From: a virus
IMG/VR virus record: IMGVR_UViG_3300045988_173425
Coordinates: 32,001-96,000 of that record
Reading direction: 5' to 3' (one strand)
DNA: 64,000 nucleotides
Shown here: one piece after another, positions 35,515 to 44,637 of the stretch
How the letters are laid out: each line of letters opens with the position of its first letter
How positions within the stretch are numbered: the stretch's first letter is position 1
The notes under the pieces: model-generated
What the model saw: the letters and a program-made list of their open reading frames with translations, nothing else
Told to the model about the DNA's origin: nothing
Database searches by the model: none
Made by a program: the position numbers and the translations under genes

Positions 35515-37899
35515 ATGGATGAACTGAGAAAAGCGTTGGAAACATTCGCCCTTCGTAATGCAGAGGGCGAAGTTTCTGACGCATTATTGGAGAAAGCGTG
35601 CGAAGCGTACAAGGCTCGTTCTTCAGAGTTCGTCGATGATTACGAGTACAACCTGTATGTGGCAAAATCAGTCTACGACCACATACACGGCGTTGATCAG
35701 GACCCTGAAATAACAAAAGCCATCATGCCCGGCCAAACCAAGGTCGTTAACGGCGTGGTGTATATTTGGACGCTGACTCCAAACGCCAAAACAACTTACG
35801 ATTGGCGAGTTTACAAAAATGCCAATGGTAAGCCCATAGGCGCTGCTGCTTCAAAATCGCCGTCTACTCTGGCCAAGGAGGAAAAGGTCGTCAACGAAAT
35901 GTTCCCGGCCGATACTTCAGAACTGACGTTTGTAAAGAAATTAGGCGGTTCTACAGGGGCTGAGTTGATGAAAGACTCCAAGGGCCGTGAGTTTGTTGTC
36001 AAGAGTTCGAAGAATACCAGCCGCGGTCACGTTGCCGCAGAATACTACGCCGCGCAAGTTTACAGTCTTTTGGGGCTGGACACCCCGGACTATGAGTTGT
36101 ATGACGACGGAACCGACCTGACACTTATTTCGAACTACATGCGCGGTATGTCCGAACCGCAGGCCAAGGACTATGACGCCATGGCCAAGGGGTTTGCGGT
36201 TGATGCATTTCTGGCCAATTGGGATGTATATCAAAATGACAATTGCTTGGTAGACGCTGCCGGTAAAGTCTATCGTGTTGATAACGGCGGCTCGTTTAAC
36301 TACCGAGCGCAGGGAGCGCAAAAGCCTTTCATTGGTCAAATCGACTGGGACGGAATGGTGAAATACAACCCGAGTATTATCGCCAACCTCACCCCGCAAG
36401 ACTTTATTGACCAGATTGATGCTCTCAAGGCTCGTAAGGACGAAATATTGGCGTTCTTTGACGCTGGCAAACTGGCCTCTAAACCGAAGATGCGCGCCAT
36501 AATTGAAGCCCGTTTTGACGATTTAGATCGCATTCGCGGCATGTATGAGGTAGAACTCCAGCGCACCACCAGAAAGATTAAACCGCGGACACTGAAATCG
36601 CCTGCGGATATGTATCGCGATTTTACCGACGACGAGGTTAACAGTTTCTGGCAAAACGCCGCAGGTAATTCGTATTACCAGAAGTTGCAAAACCACAGTG
36701 GCTCTACAGGTTGGAACATACTTTCTGCCGTGTGCGGCGAACGTGGTTTTGACGCTCGCCCTGAAGTAGTCGATGACGCTACGTTCTGGGCAAAGGTAGC
36801 GCAAGCCAAATACCATATGTTCCGCGGTGTTGACCGTAAGGGAACCGACAAAGACTATTACGCTGACGACTTTAAGTACAACGACGAATGTTTCTACGGA
36901 ACGGTTGGCGTTTACGCTGAAGGAATCTATTTCCATGTCAACGATTCAGCCAACGCTAATCGAACTCCCTCGGGGTATCAACACACCTCTGCCTACAAGA
37001 ACGCGCGTGGTTACGCTGGGTCTGGGGCGATCATCGAGGCTTGTCTTGATTCCAGCGCCAAAGTCATAACTGTCGAAGACGCCAAGAAGGAAGTGTCTCA
37101 GTTATCAACCGTTAATTCTCCGGCATTCAAGGCTGCTCGTAAGGAACTCGATGACGCTACGGCGGAATACGAGCGTATCAACGACGAACTCATAAACCTT
37201 ACCGATAACACCAAGAACAAGGTTAAGGCCGACATGCACTGGGACGATGCTTCGTTTGTAGACATTCCGCTTCAAATCGATCAGGTCATCGACTGGGGCG
37301 CTATCGACGATGACGGAAATCCGGCATACATGAAGTTTGACGAGTTCATGGATAATCACCTCAAGGGATGGATAACAGCCAACGGCGGTACCATCACCGA
37401 AAAAGGTAAAGGCACAGGCGACTTTGTTATTCGAATGCCGAACACTACGGAGCGATTCGTGTTCTCGCGCTATCGGTACGAGAACGACGCCATAAAACGC
37501 AAGAACGCTTTTGCGCGTCCGTACAGCTATCCCGTCCGCCAGTTTAAGGAATGGATAATGCGCGAGCACTTTGGTAAGATTGAGGACGCCATCAAGGAGG
37601 CTGTTGACAATTTGGGCGATGAAGTTAATCGTTTACAAGGCGAGCGGAGTAAAGCGTACAATGTTTACAAGGAAAAGCAAAACGCGGTAAATAAGTTGAA
37701 CGTAGGCGCTGTTGGCGATCCTGACAAAGACATTTACGCCGCTATTTACAAAAACGTCATCAAGGATCAAGATAACGAAGCGCTGGGCATATACGCCGCT
37801 TTGAAGGGATATGACGCTCTTATTCAGCCTAACGGAAACGGTTGTGGTAATTCGTTCATGATCGTGTTGAATCGCTCAAAAATCATTACTCGTAAATAG
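35515..37899 (+). CDS. large multi-domain protein: kinase-like domain plus ADP-ribosyltransferase-like region
   Basis: Kinase-like: LGGSTGAEL, FVVK, AEYYAAQVY, DAFLANWDVYQNDNCLVD, YRVDNGGSF. ART-like: HMFRGV, YGTVGVYAEGIYF, AIIEACL. Confidence 0.45.
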   Translation: MDELRKALETFALRNAEGEVSDALLEKACEAYKARSSEFVDDYEYNLYVAKSVYDHIHGVDQDPEITKAIMPGQTKVVNGVVYIWTLTPNAKTTYDWRVYKNANGKPIGAAASKSPSTLAKEEKVVNEMFPADTSELTFVKKLGGSTGAELMKDSKGREFVVKSSKNTSRGHVAAEYYAAQVYSLLGLDTPDYELYDDGTDLTLISNYMRGMSEPQAKDYDAMAKGFAVDAFLANWDVYQNDNCLVDAAGKVYRVDNGGSFNYRAQGAQKPFIGQIDWDGMVKYNPSIIANLTPQDFIDQIDALKARKDEILAFFDAGKLASKPKMRAIIEARFDDLDRIRGMYEVELQRTTRKIKPRTLKSPADMYRDFTDDEVNSFWQNAAGNSYYQKLQNHSGSTGWNILSAVCGERGFDARPEVVDDATFWAKVAQAKYHMFRGVDRKGTDKDYYADDFKYNDECFYGTVGVYAEGIYFHVNDSANANRTPSGYQHTSAYKNARGYAGSGAIIEACLDSSAKVITVEDAKKEVSQLSTVNSPAFKAARKELDDATAEYERINDELINLTDNTKNKVKADMHWDDASFVDIPLQIDQVIDWGAIDDDGNPAYMKFDEFMDNHLKGWITANGGTITEKGKGTGDFVIRMPNTTERFVFSRYRYENDAIKRKNAFARPYSYPVRQFKEWIMREHFGKIEDAIKEAVDNLGDEVNRLQGERSKAYNVYKEKQNAVNKLNVGAVGDPDKDIYAAIYKNVIKDQDNEALGIYAALKGYDALIQPNGNGCGNSFMIVLNRSKIITRK

Positions 37900-37900
37900 T

Positions 37901-38317
37901 ATGAAAAAAGAACCAAGATACGGCATAGCGCGTATGCGAACGGCCTCTGTCGTTGGCGGTATGGCTTCGCCGTATGTAAATCGTAAACAACCCTCGCAGT
38001 TGATACCGTTCAAGGGTGATCTCCCGATGCTGAACGATATTGAAGCGATAAAATTCCGCAACGCCATTCGCGATACGTTGGCTCTTGACGAGTTGAGCAC
38101 CGTATTCCAGCGCGTGGCTACCGAGGGGCATCGTATTGCAGTCATGGAAGAAGGGTTCACGAAGTATTTGCGTGACCGCGGTGTAACGCCTGACGAGTTT
38201 GTAAAATTAAGCAACGCCGAGAAATCGGACTACTTGCTGGATTGGATGAATTTGAACTCCATTAGCTTGGAATCGCTTAAAATTACAATACACAATGGCG
38301 AAAATTACATACAATAA
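37901..38317 (+). CDS. hypothetical protein
   Basis: The ATG is 2 nt after the upstream stop. No motif recognised. Confidence 0.55.
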   Translation: MKKEPRYGIARMRTASVVGGMASPYVNRKQPSQLIPFKGDLPMLNDIEAIKFRNAIRDTLALDELSTVFQRVATEGHRIAVMEEGFTKYLRDRGVTPDEFVKLSNAEKSDYLLDWMNLNSISLESLKITIHNGENYIQ

Positions 38318-38819
38318 TCCCGCAGCGTTTGCTATCAACGACACTGTGAAAGAACTTATCAGCCGTGTGGCTGACGATACTGTCAACCCTGAAGTCGTCA
38401 TCACCTCTACGCTTCGCAGTCCTGAAGCGCAGGCCAAAGCCATGGCTGATAACCTTTACGCCGGCAAGCGTATTCGTTATCGCGCTCCGGGTGCAGCGGT
38501 TGTAAAGGTTTTTGACGACAACTGCAAGAAGCAGGCCCGTTCTGAAGTCGAGAAACTGATGGTCGCTGAAATCAAGCGTCAAGCCTCGTTGGGGCAGCGT
38601 GTTTCGCTCCACTGCACAACCGAAGAGTTATACCGCCAGTGCAACATCATCGATCTGTCGATCACCCGCATGAAAAACCCACGCGACTTCACAAAAGCAT
38701 TGGCCAAAGAAGAAAAGTGCCGTAAAATTATTACGCCGCTTGGCGATACGAAGTACGACAGTCCGAAGGTTTCTATTGACGCCAACGAGCCTGCAATACA
38801 CGTTGAAATAATGGCGTGA
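38295..38819 (+). CDS. possible LAS/M15-type zinc peptidase (cell-wall hydrolase candidate)
   Basis: ITSTLRSPEAQ, SLHCT...IIDLS and AIHVEI resemble the SxxR / HxxxxxD / H layout of M15 peptidases. Confidence 0.35.
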   Translation: MAKITYNNPAAFAINDTVKELISRVADDTVNPEVVITSTLRSPEAQAKAMADNLYAGKRIRYRAPGAAVVKVFDDNCKKQARSEVEKLMVAEIKRQASLGQRVSLHCTTEELYRQCNIIDLSITRMKNPRDFTKALAKEEKCRKIITPLGDTKYDSPKVSIDANEPAIHVEIMA

Positions 38820-38825
38820 CAACTA

Positions 38826-38833
38826 TAAATTTG
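38826..38833 (+). promoter_or_regulatory. candidate Bacteroidota-type -7 box
   Basis: TAAATTTG matches TAnnTTTG and lies 24 nt upstream of ATG 38857. Confidence 0.3.
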
Positions 38834-38856
38834 TAAATTCATAAAATAATAGAAAT

Positions 38857-40617
38857 ATGCCTACTTTTATTGACATGTCTGCGTTGACGCTGAAGTCTTC
38901 GGCCAGCGGACAAGAAGAAATTCAGGTTTCTGAGTCCAACAAGATCAACACAAGCCAGATTGCGGCGTTGACGTTTTCGCAAGATCCGTCGCTTGGCAAT
39001 TTGCCCATTTCCAGCAATTTTACATACGGCAATAGCAAGGTAAAACTTTGGAATATGCTCAGACTACTGACCGCAGCGGCGAATATCGGACGTCTGCGTA
39101 TCGTGTCAGGGAATCCCGCGTCAGGCGCATCAGGAAAACCTGAAATGGCGTTTATTGTCAATATACTCCAAGGAACGAACGCCGAAACCGGAGGCACGAA
39201 CGGTCTCCAAATTTTCCATCTTACCAACGATTATATTCGCGTCATTCCTTCGTCCAGTGTTGCTATGGCATGGTCTACACTCCAGACTCTGACCGACGAA
39301 GCAATCATCACGAAACTGCACTCGACCGCTTCTGGCGATTGGGGTGGTCTGGGTGTAACGATGGAGTGGGCCGGAAGCGGCGGCAGCGCCATGAAATATC
39401 TGACGGTTACTGATTTTACCCGCAACACTTTCAGTAATGGCGCGATTGGTGATCTCGCCGTTGGTGAGATGTTCACGTTTACAAGCGCCGTTGACGCCGC
39501 TAACGGACCCGGTGCGGCTTTGGTAGGTTATGCTGTAAAAGTTTCTGCTTTGTCGGTTAAATATGTCGGCACTTCTACCTCAATCAATACTTATAGCCGC
39601 TCATATCTGTATACTTACCAGTCTACGAGTATTTACAATACGAACTGGTCTATTGTTGGCACCCCCACGGGAATCGAAGCCTCGGTGTACGAATTCACAT
39701 ACGGCGAAAGTGAAGGCGTGCCCACTGCCGATTTGAAATTCGTCAAGGTTGCCGATATCTTCCGTATGATATTCAGTACCCCCGATCAGGCAGACTACGG
39801 TCAATTAGATTTTATCCGGTCTCAAGACAACGATAAAACCGATCAATATGTCTTCGTCTGTCCTTCGGTAGACACCGGCTCGACGTATGGCGGTACGCTA
39901 CAGCGCATCGCTGTTGACGCAACAACCGGAGCCGTGGATATGACGGGAGTAAGTCTTGCTATTGCAAACCAGCCAGCAACAACAATACGGGTGACTAACT
40001 TCAACGCCCCTACGAATAATATTATAAAACAGTTGGCCACAGGTCAAGGAGTGATCATATGTACAGCAGGCTCAACAGTTGGAGGACCTTCAGGCGTTAC
40101 TGCGCCTTTATACGGTCATTGCTTCAGGAGTTCATCAGGACCTATTATTTACACCTATCTGCTTCAAACGGCTGATGGTAGCCGTACTTTCTCTGGCTCG
40201 ACGAACGGAACTACTGCTCAATGGACAGAACTTGGTGGCGGCGGAGCAGGAGTCGAGCAACTTTTCAGTGGCGATATTGCGTTAGCTAATGCAGCACCCG
40301 AAACATTCAATCTCGGCGGAGAGGTAAGCGACGGCGACCGCCTTATGATTGTTTATAACTTTATATCGAGCGATCATACCATGATCGGAAGCAAACAAGG
40401 ACGGAGCATAATTTGGGTCAGCACCAGCGGCACTGAAGACCTAACCGTAGAAGCGCTTAATTACAATACCCAAGGAGACGTTACGAGGTTAGTTGGCTTT
40501 AATCTGATGTTGTCGGCTTCGGGAAGCATACTCAATATGGAAGCGACAGGAGATGTTGACACAGTCATTGAGGCTTTCCATGTCGTAGGTATATACAGGC
40601 TATCTAAATCGCTGTAA
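38857..40617 (+). CDS. tail fibre / receptor-binding protein candidate with switchable C-terminal tip
   Basis: 586 aa, Ser/Thr/Gly-rich. The C-terminal ~122 aa lie inside the segment bounded by the 63-bp inverted repeats. Confidence 0.55.
   Translation: MPTFIDMSALTLKSSASGQEEIQVSESNKINTSQIAALTFSQDPSLGNLPISSNFTYGNSKVKLWNMLRLLTAAANIGRLRIVSGNPASGASGKPEMAFIVNILQGTNAETGGTNGLQIFHLTNDYIRVIPSSSVAMAWSTLQTLTDEAIITKLHSTASGDWGGLGVTMEWAGSGGSAMKYLTVTDFTRNTFSNGAIGDLAVGEMFTFTSAVDAANGPGAALVGYAVKVSALSVKYVGTSTSINTYSRSYLYTYQSTSIYNTNWSIVGTPTGIEASVYEFTYGESEGVPTADLKFVKVADIFRMIFSTPDQADYGQLDFIRSQDNDKTDQYVFVCPSVDTGSTYGGTLQRIAVDATTGAVDMTGVSLAIANQPATTIRVTNFNAPTNNIIKQLATGQGVIICTAGSTVGGPSGVTAPLYGHCFRSSSGPIIYTYLLQTADGSRTFSGSTNGTTAQWTELGGGGAGVEQLFSGDIALANAAPETFNLGGEVSDGDRLMIVYNFISSDHTMIGSKQGRSIIWVSTSGTEDLTVEALNYNTQGDVTRLVGFNLMLSASGSILNMEATGDVDTVIEAFHVVGIYRLSKSL
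40184..40246 (+). repeat. inverted repeat, left copy (63 bp, perfect)
   Basis: GTACTTTCTCTGGCTCGACGAACGGAACTACTGCTCAATGGACAGAACTTGGTGGCGGCGGAG. Its exact reverse complement is at 41381-41443. Confidence 0.95.
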
Positions 40618-40622
40618 GTAAA

Positions 40623-40643
40623 AGCCCCTCGAAATGAGGGGCT
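40623..40643. terminator. bidirectional hairpin between the convergent tip ORFs
   Basis: AGCCCCTC, loop GAAAT, GAGGGGCT. T-rich on the + side and A-rich upstream. Confidence 0.6.
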
Positions 40644-40649
40644 CTTCTA

Positions 40650-41459
40650 TTAATTAGCCTTGAAATATATCCCTTTTATTTGGATAATATCCGATACGTC
40701 TGACAAGTTGTTCGATTGCACGACAACGTTCATGCCTTGAACGCCGTTGGCTCCGGTGATAACCGACGAACAGATAAGTTTGATAGAACCCGGAACCGAG
40801 TTACTACCCAGATATGTCGAGCATATCTCAAACAATACCCCTTGTCCGGTTCCATTAATAGCCGCGACCGTGAGAGGCACCGGGAACTTAATAGCAGCCG
40901 TTGCAGCAGGGCTGGACTGGATGGTCGCTTCGATAAGTATTTTCGCGGTGGTAGGTATCTCCTGATTGAAATTAATAACCCCACTCGTTCCGGATGGTCC
41001 TACGGCACTACTCCACGAACTTACAATCCGTTTCCAGCCGGGGAAGATTTCACTTGAGCCGCTCGATGATAAATCGTACTTTTTCTCTTCTAAGACATCC
41101 CCTGCGCTGTTCAACAGTATTTGATACCAGATGCCCGAAAGGAAATTATCCTCCTGAAAGACATTAAGGGTTACCACATAACCGTCGTCGGAGGAAATAG
41201 TACCGTCGTCTACCTTTTGAACATTTCCGACCAAAGTACAATTCGATGGGACATCCGCAGGTAATCCAGCTACTCCCGCCGGGTCGTATATGATGACAGG
41301 ATAAATTTGCCCTAACTCCTTCCATGTAACAGAAGTGACGGCTTTGGAGATGCTTTCGGCATCCGAGATCATGATGACGCCTCCGCCGCCACCAAGTTCT
41401 GTCCATTGAGCAGTAGTTCCGTTCGTCGAGCCAGAGAAAGTACCAACGCGATTCGCCAT
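40650..41459 (-). CDS. alternative fibre-tip cassette
   Basis: The only convincing minus-strand ORF. Residues 7-26 (TFSGSTNGTTAQWTELGGGG) are identical to the + strand fibre because of the inverted repeat. C-terminal IKGIYFKAN resembles VVGIYRLSKSL. Confidence 0.6.
   Translation of the reverse strand: MANRVGTFSGSTNGTTAQWTELGGGGGVIMISDAESISKAVTSVTWKELGQIYPVIIYDPAGVAGLPADVPSNCTLVGNVQKVDDGTISSDDGYVVTLNVFQEDNFLSGIWYQILLNSAGDVLEEKKYDLSSSGSSEIFPGWKRIVSSWSSAVGPSGTSGVINFNQEIPTTAKILIEATIQSSPAATAAIKFPVPLTVAAINGTGQGVLFEICSTYLGSNSVPGSIKLICSSVITGANGVQGMNVVVQSNNLSDVSDIIQIKGIYFKAN
41381..41443 (-). repeat. inverted repeat, right copy (63 bp, perfect)
   Basis: Exact reverse complement of 40184-40246. Confidence 0.95.
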
Positions 41460-41495
41460 TACAAGTATAACGGTGGTAACAATAGTGCCGTAAAC

Positions 41496-43040
41496 ATGTT
41501 TAAGGACGATAAATTCAATTTTTGGTGCCCTATCGAGCCCATAAAGAAGGCTACCGACGAGGAAACAGGCGAACCTGTTATGCGCATCGGCGGTATTGCT
41601 TCAACCGTCGATCAGGATGCTGACGGCGAAACACTCGATCCGTCAGGCTTCGACATCCAGCCCTTGAAGGAGTCGGGAATGGTCAACTGGCACCATCAGG
41701 CCAAGAACTCGCCTGCAGCAATCATCGGCGAACCATCGAAAGTAGAACTGCGCCCCGAGGGTCTTTGGATCGAGAGTGATTTGTACGCTTCGTCACCTAT
41801 GGCTAATGAGGTATATGAGTTAGCCAAAACTCTCGAAGAAAACAGCAAGACACGCCGCTTGGGATATTCCATCGAAGGCAAGGTTATAAAACGTGCTTCC
41901 AACGACAAGAAATCACCCTTATACAACAAGATCGTGAAGGCGGTGATTACAGGCGTTGCTGTAACACACATGCCGAAGAACCCTCACACGTTCGTCAACA
42001 TCATCAAAGGTCAGGTTGACGCCGATGGTATTGAGGTAGATTTAGAAGAGGAGGACGATAACGCTGAAGAGCGTGGCGGCAAGACCGAAAAGAAGGCTTT
42101 AACTACTGAATCCGGCGCAGCGCTTATGCCTGAATCCGTAGACGGCCAACCGAAGAAAACGTTTTCAAAATCTTCCGTCATGGAATGTATCTTCCGCGAC
42201 ATTCCAAATATTACAATACCGAACGCCCAAGAATTGTATACTTTAATCAAAAATATATCGGTTATGAACAAACGCAAATCCATCACTTCCGAGGACATCG
42301 AGAAGGCATATGACGCTCTGGGGCTTGCTCCTGAGAAGAAAGCCGACAATGCCGAGGACGTGCAGAAGGGCGATGACGCTGATGGCCAGATGGGGAAGGA
42401 AGACGAAACCCACGACGACGAGCCGCGTCACAACGCCGCTAACGCAAAGAACGCCGTTGCAGGCAAGAAGGAAGAATCTGAGGAAGAGACCGAGGACGAC
42501 GACGAGGGTTTCGAGGAGTGCGACAAGAACGGCGCCAAGATGAAGAAGGGTGCCGATAACGACATCCTGAAGGCTATTCATGGTGTTGGAGACGAATTCA
42601 AGTCGTACATTCGCGCTACTGCCGTACTGGTGAACGATCTTCGTCAGAAACGCGCTGAAGACGCTAAACGTATCGGCGAACTCGAAAACATCATCAAGGG
42701 TCAGACCGAGATCATCGAGGGCTTCTCCACCAAATTGGAGCGCTACGGCAGCGAGGTTCCGCGGCCGAAGTCGCTGCGTTCGGCTACGGTGGTTGATCGT
42801 GCCTTCGCGAAGGGAAACGCCGACAACGGTATCGAGAAGGGCGGTAGCGCCACTCGCATTTCGTTGCGTGAAAACCCGAAAGCCGTTGCGTCGCTGCTCG
42901 ACCAGGCATCGTTCGCCAAGGGCTACGACAAGGAGTACGGCGATGCGCTTTTGGCGTTTGAGGCACGCCCCGCTGACGGTCTCCCCAAGAACATTATCGC
43001 TCGCCTCAAGGCTGAAACCGGGTACGAGGTAGTAGAGTAA
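41496..43040 (+). CDS. prohead protease fused to a scaffold-like C-terminal region
   Basis: Track ORF starts on TTG at 41406 inside the repeat; the first ATG is 41496. GGIASTVDQDADGETLDPSGF, VNWHHQ and RLGYSIEGK resemble the HK97-type S78 protease. The C-terminal half is acidic and helical. Confidence 0.6.
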   Translation: MFKDDKFNFWCPIEPIKKATDEETGEPVMRIGGIASTVDQDADGETLDPSGFDIQPLKESGMVNWHHQAKNSPAAIIGEPSKVELRPEGLWIESDLYASSPMANEVYELAKTLEENSKTRRLGYSIEGKVIKRASNDKKSPLYNKIVKAVITGVAVTHMPKNPHTFVNIIKGQVDADGIEVDLEEEDDNAEERGGKTEKKALTTESGAALMPESVDGQPKKTFSKSSVMECIFRDIPNITIPNAQELYTLIKNISVMNKRKSITSEDIEKAYDALGLAPEKKADNAEDVQKGDDADGQMGKEDETHDDEPRHNAANAKNAVAGKKEESEEETEDDDEGFEECDKNGAKMKKGADNDILKAIHGVGDEFKSYIRATAVLVNDLRQKRAEDAKRIGELENIIKGQTEIIEGFSTKLERYGSEVPRPKSLRSATVVDRAFAKGNADNGIEKGGSATRISLRENPKAVASLLDQASFAKGYDKEYGDALLAFEARPADGLPKNIIARLKAETGYEVVE

Positions 43041-43078
43041 ACACCCAAACAATTTCCTAACATAATCAATTCCAAATC

Positions 43079-44566
43079 ATGGACAGACTTTCTATCAATC
43101 TCGCCGACTATGGCATCCAAGCGCGTGGTGCCCAGTACGGCTCGTCCAGTCAGGAAGAGGTCGCTGCGCTGAACAAAGCCCTCGAAGCAACCGACATCAC
43201 GGGTCGCCAGACGACGAACCTGACCGATGCCTCGGGTGCTCCGCTGAAGGTGGAGTCGCTGGAGCGTACTCTGAAACATCTGACGTTCCGCGAGAGCGAC
43301 ATCGTTCTCTGGAAGAACCTGCCGAAAAAGGCCGCTTACAACACCGTTGAGGAGTACAACCAGCTGGCATCGTACGGTGCTGACCGCGGTGGCTTCACCA
43401 ACGAAGGCGAACTCCCCGACGAGGAAGACTCGATCTACATCCGTCGGGCTCAGCTCGTGAAGTATCTCGGCGTTACGAAGTCGGTTACGCACCAGATGAC
43501 CCTCGTCAACACGATGGTGGGCAACATCATGGAGCGCACCATCAAGGACGGCACGCTGTGGATTCTCCGCAAACTGAACAAGTCGCTGTACTACGGCAAC
43601 TCGGACATCATCCCGCAGGAGTTCAACGGTCTACTCGCCCAGCAACTGCAGTCTGACGCGTGGAGCGGTCTGGACGCCTACCTCAATTCGGAGAACGTCA
43701 TCGACCTTCGCGGTCGCGGCCTGACGGAGGACCCCATCGAGACGGCGGCCAACTCGATCGTCGAGAACTACGGCCTCGGCACGGAACTATACGCTCCCCC
43801 CGCCGTTCTGTCGGACTTCGTCAAGACGTTCTACGGCAACAAGTTCATCCAGCCCAACACCGCCCAGACCAGCGCTGGTATCATGGGTCAGCGCGTTCAG
43901 GCCTTCGACTCGCAGTTCGGCCGCATCGGTCTGAATTACGACGTCTTCTTCAAGAAGGCTGCGTTCAAGGTCGCTGGTGCCCAGTCGACGCATCCCAAGT
44001 CGCCTGCCGCTCCCACGTGGGACGCTACCACCCCGGCTGCTGTCGTAGCTGACGTGTCGACCTCGAAGTTCACTTCGGAGGACGCCGGCAACTACATCTA
44101 CGCTATCGCCGCCATCAACCGCCACGGCGAGTCGTCGCTGGTGGTCAACGAGACTCCGGTAGCCGTGACGGCAGGTTCGGTCGTCGACCTCAAGTTCTCG
44201 ATCGTGGACAACGCTCACCCGGCTACGGGTTATCGTATCTACCGTTCGAAGAAGGGTGGCGACAAGAACAGCAAACTGTACCCGATCTTCGACATCTCGG
44301 TGGCTCAGCTGAAACTGGGCTACGCAGGCGCTGCCGGCGACCTGTGCCGCGACAACAACTACTTCCTGCCCGACTGCGATCAGGCCTTCCTGGTACAGTT
44401 CGACAACGAGGTGATTGAGTTCGCCCAGCTGGCCCCGCTGATGAAGATGGACCTGGCGATTCTGTCGCCTGCGTACCGCTTCATGGTGCTGCTGTACGGT
44501 ACGCCGTTCCTGTACGCGCCGAAGAAACTGGTTCGTCTGATCAACATCGGACGCGCCGCCAACTAA
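43079..44566 (+). CDS. major capsid protein
   Basis: 495-aa ORF directly after the protease/scaffold gene, followed by a strong terminator. Assignment is from position and size. Confidence 0.65.
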   Translation: MDRLSINLADYGIQARGAQYGSSSQEEVAALNKALEATDITGRQTTNLTDASGAPLKVESLERTLKHLTFRESDIVLWKNLPKKAAYNTVEEYNQLASYGADRGGFTNEGELPDEEDSIYIRRAQLVKYLGVTKSVTHQMTLVNTMVGNIMERTIKDGTLWILRKLNKSLYYGNSDIIPQEFNGLLAQQLQSDAWSGLDAYLNSENVIDLRGRGLTEDPIETAANSIVENYGLGTELYAPPAVLSDFVKTFYGNKFIQPNTAQTSAGIMGQRVQAFDSQFGRIGLNYDVFFKKAAFKVAGAQSTHPKSPAAPTWDATTPAAVVADVSTSKFTSEDAGNYIYAIAAINRHGESSLVVNETPVAVTAGSVVDLKFSIVDNAHPATGYRIYRSKKGGDKNSKLYPIFDISVAQLKLGYAGAAGDLCRDNNYFLPDCDQAFLVQFDNEVIEFAQLAPLMKMDLAILSPAYRFMVLLYGTPFLYAPKKLVRLINIGRAAN

Positions 44567-44588
44567 CGAAACAATCGTTCAACCGAGA

Positions 44589-44625
44589 AGCAGGGGCGGG
44601 GGTAGCCCCGCTCCTGCTTTTCATT
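44589..44625 (+). terminator. rho-independent terminator
   Basis: AGCAGGGGCGGGG pairs with CCCCGCTCCTGCT (13 pairs including one G-T), followed by TTTTC. Confidence 0.8.
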
Positions 44626-44637
44626 AAATCGTAAGCA

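Larger units (their letters stand above)
40184..41443. other. putative invertible segment (fibre-tip switch)
   Basis: Bounded by the perfect 63-bp inverted repeats, which are in the same codon phase in two convergent ORFs. Confidence 0.55.

Noticed and set aside
40184-41443. Diversity-generating retroelement (TR/VR pair) as the explanation for the repeated fibre sequence
   Set aside because: The copies are inverted rather than direct and are 100% identical, with no adenine-specific mismatches. They are only 63 bp long, and no reverse transcriptase is present in the window.
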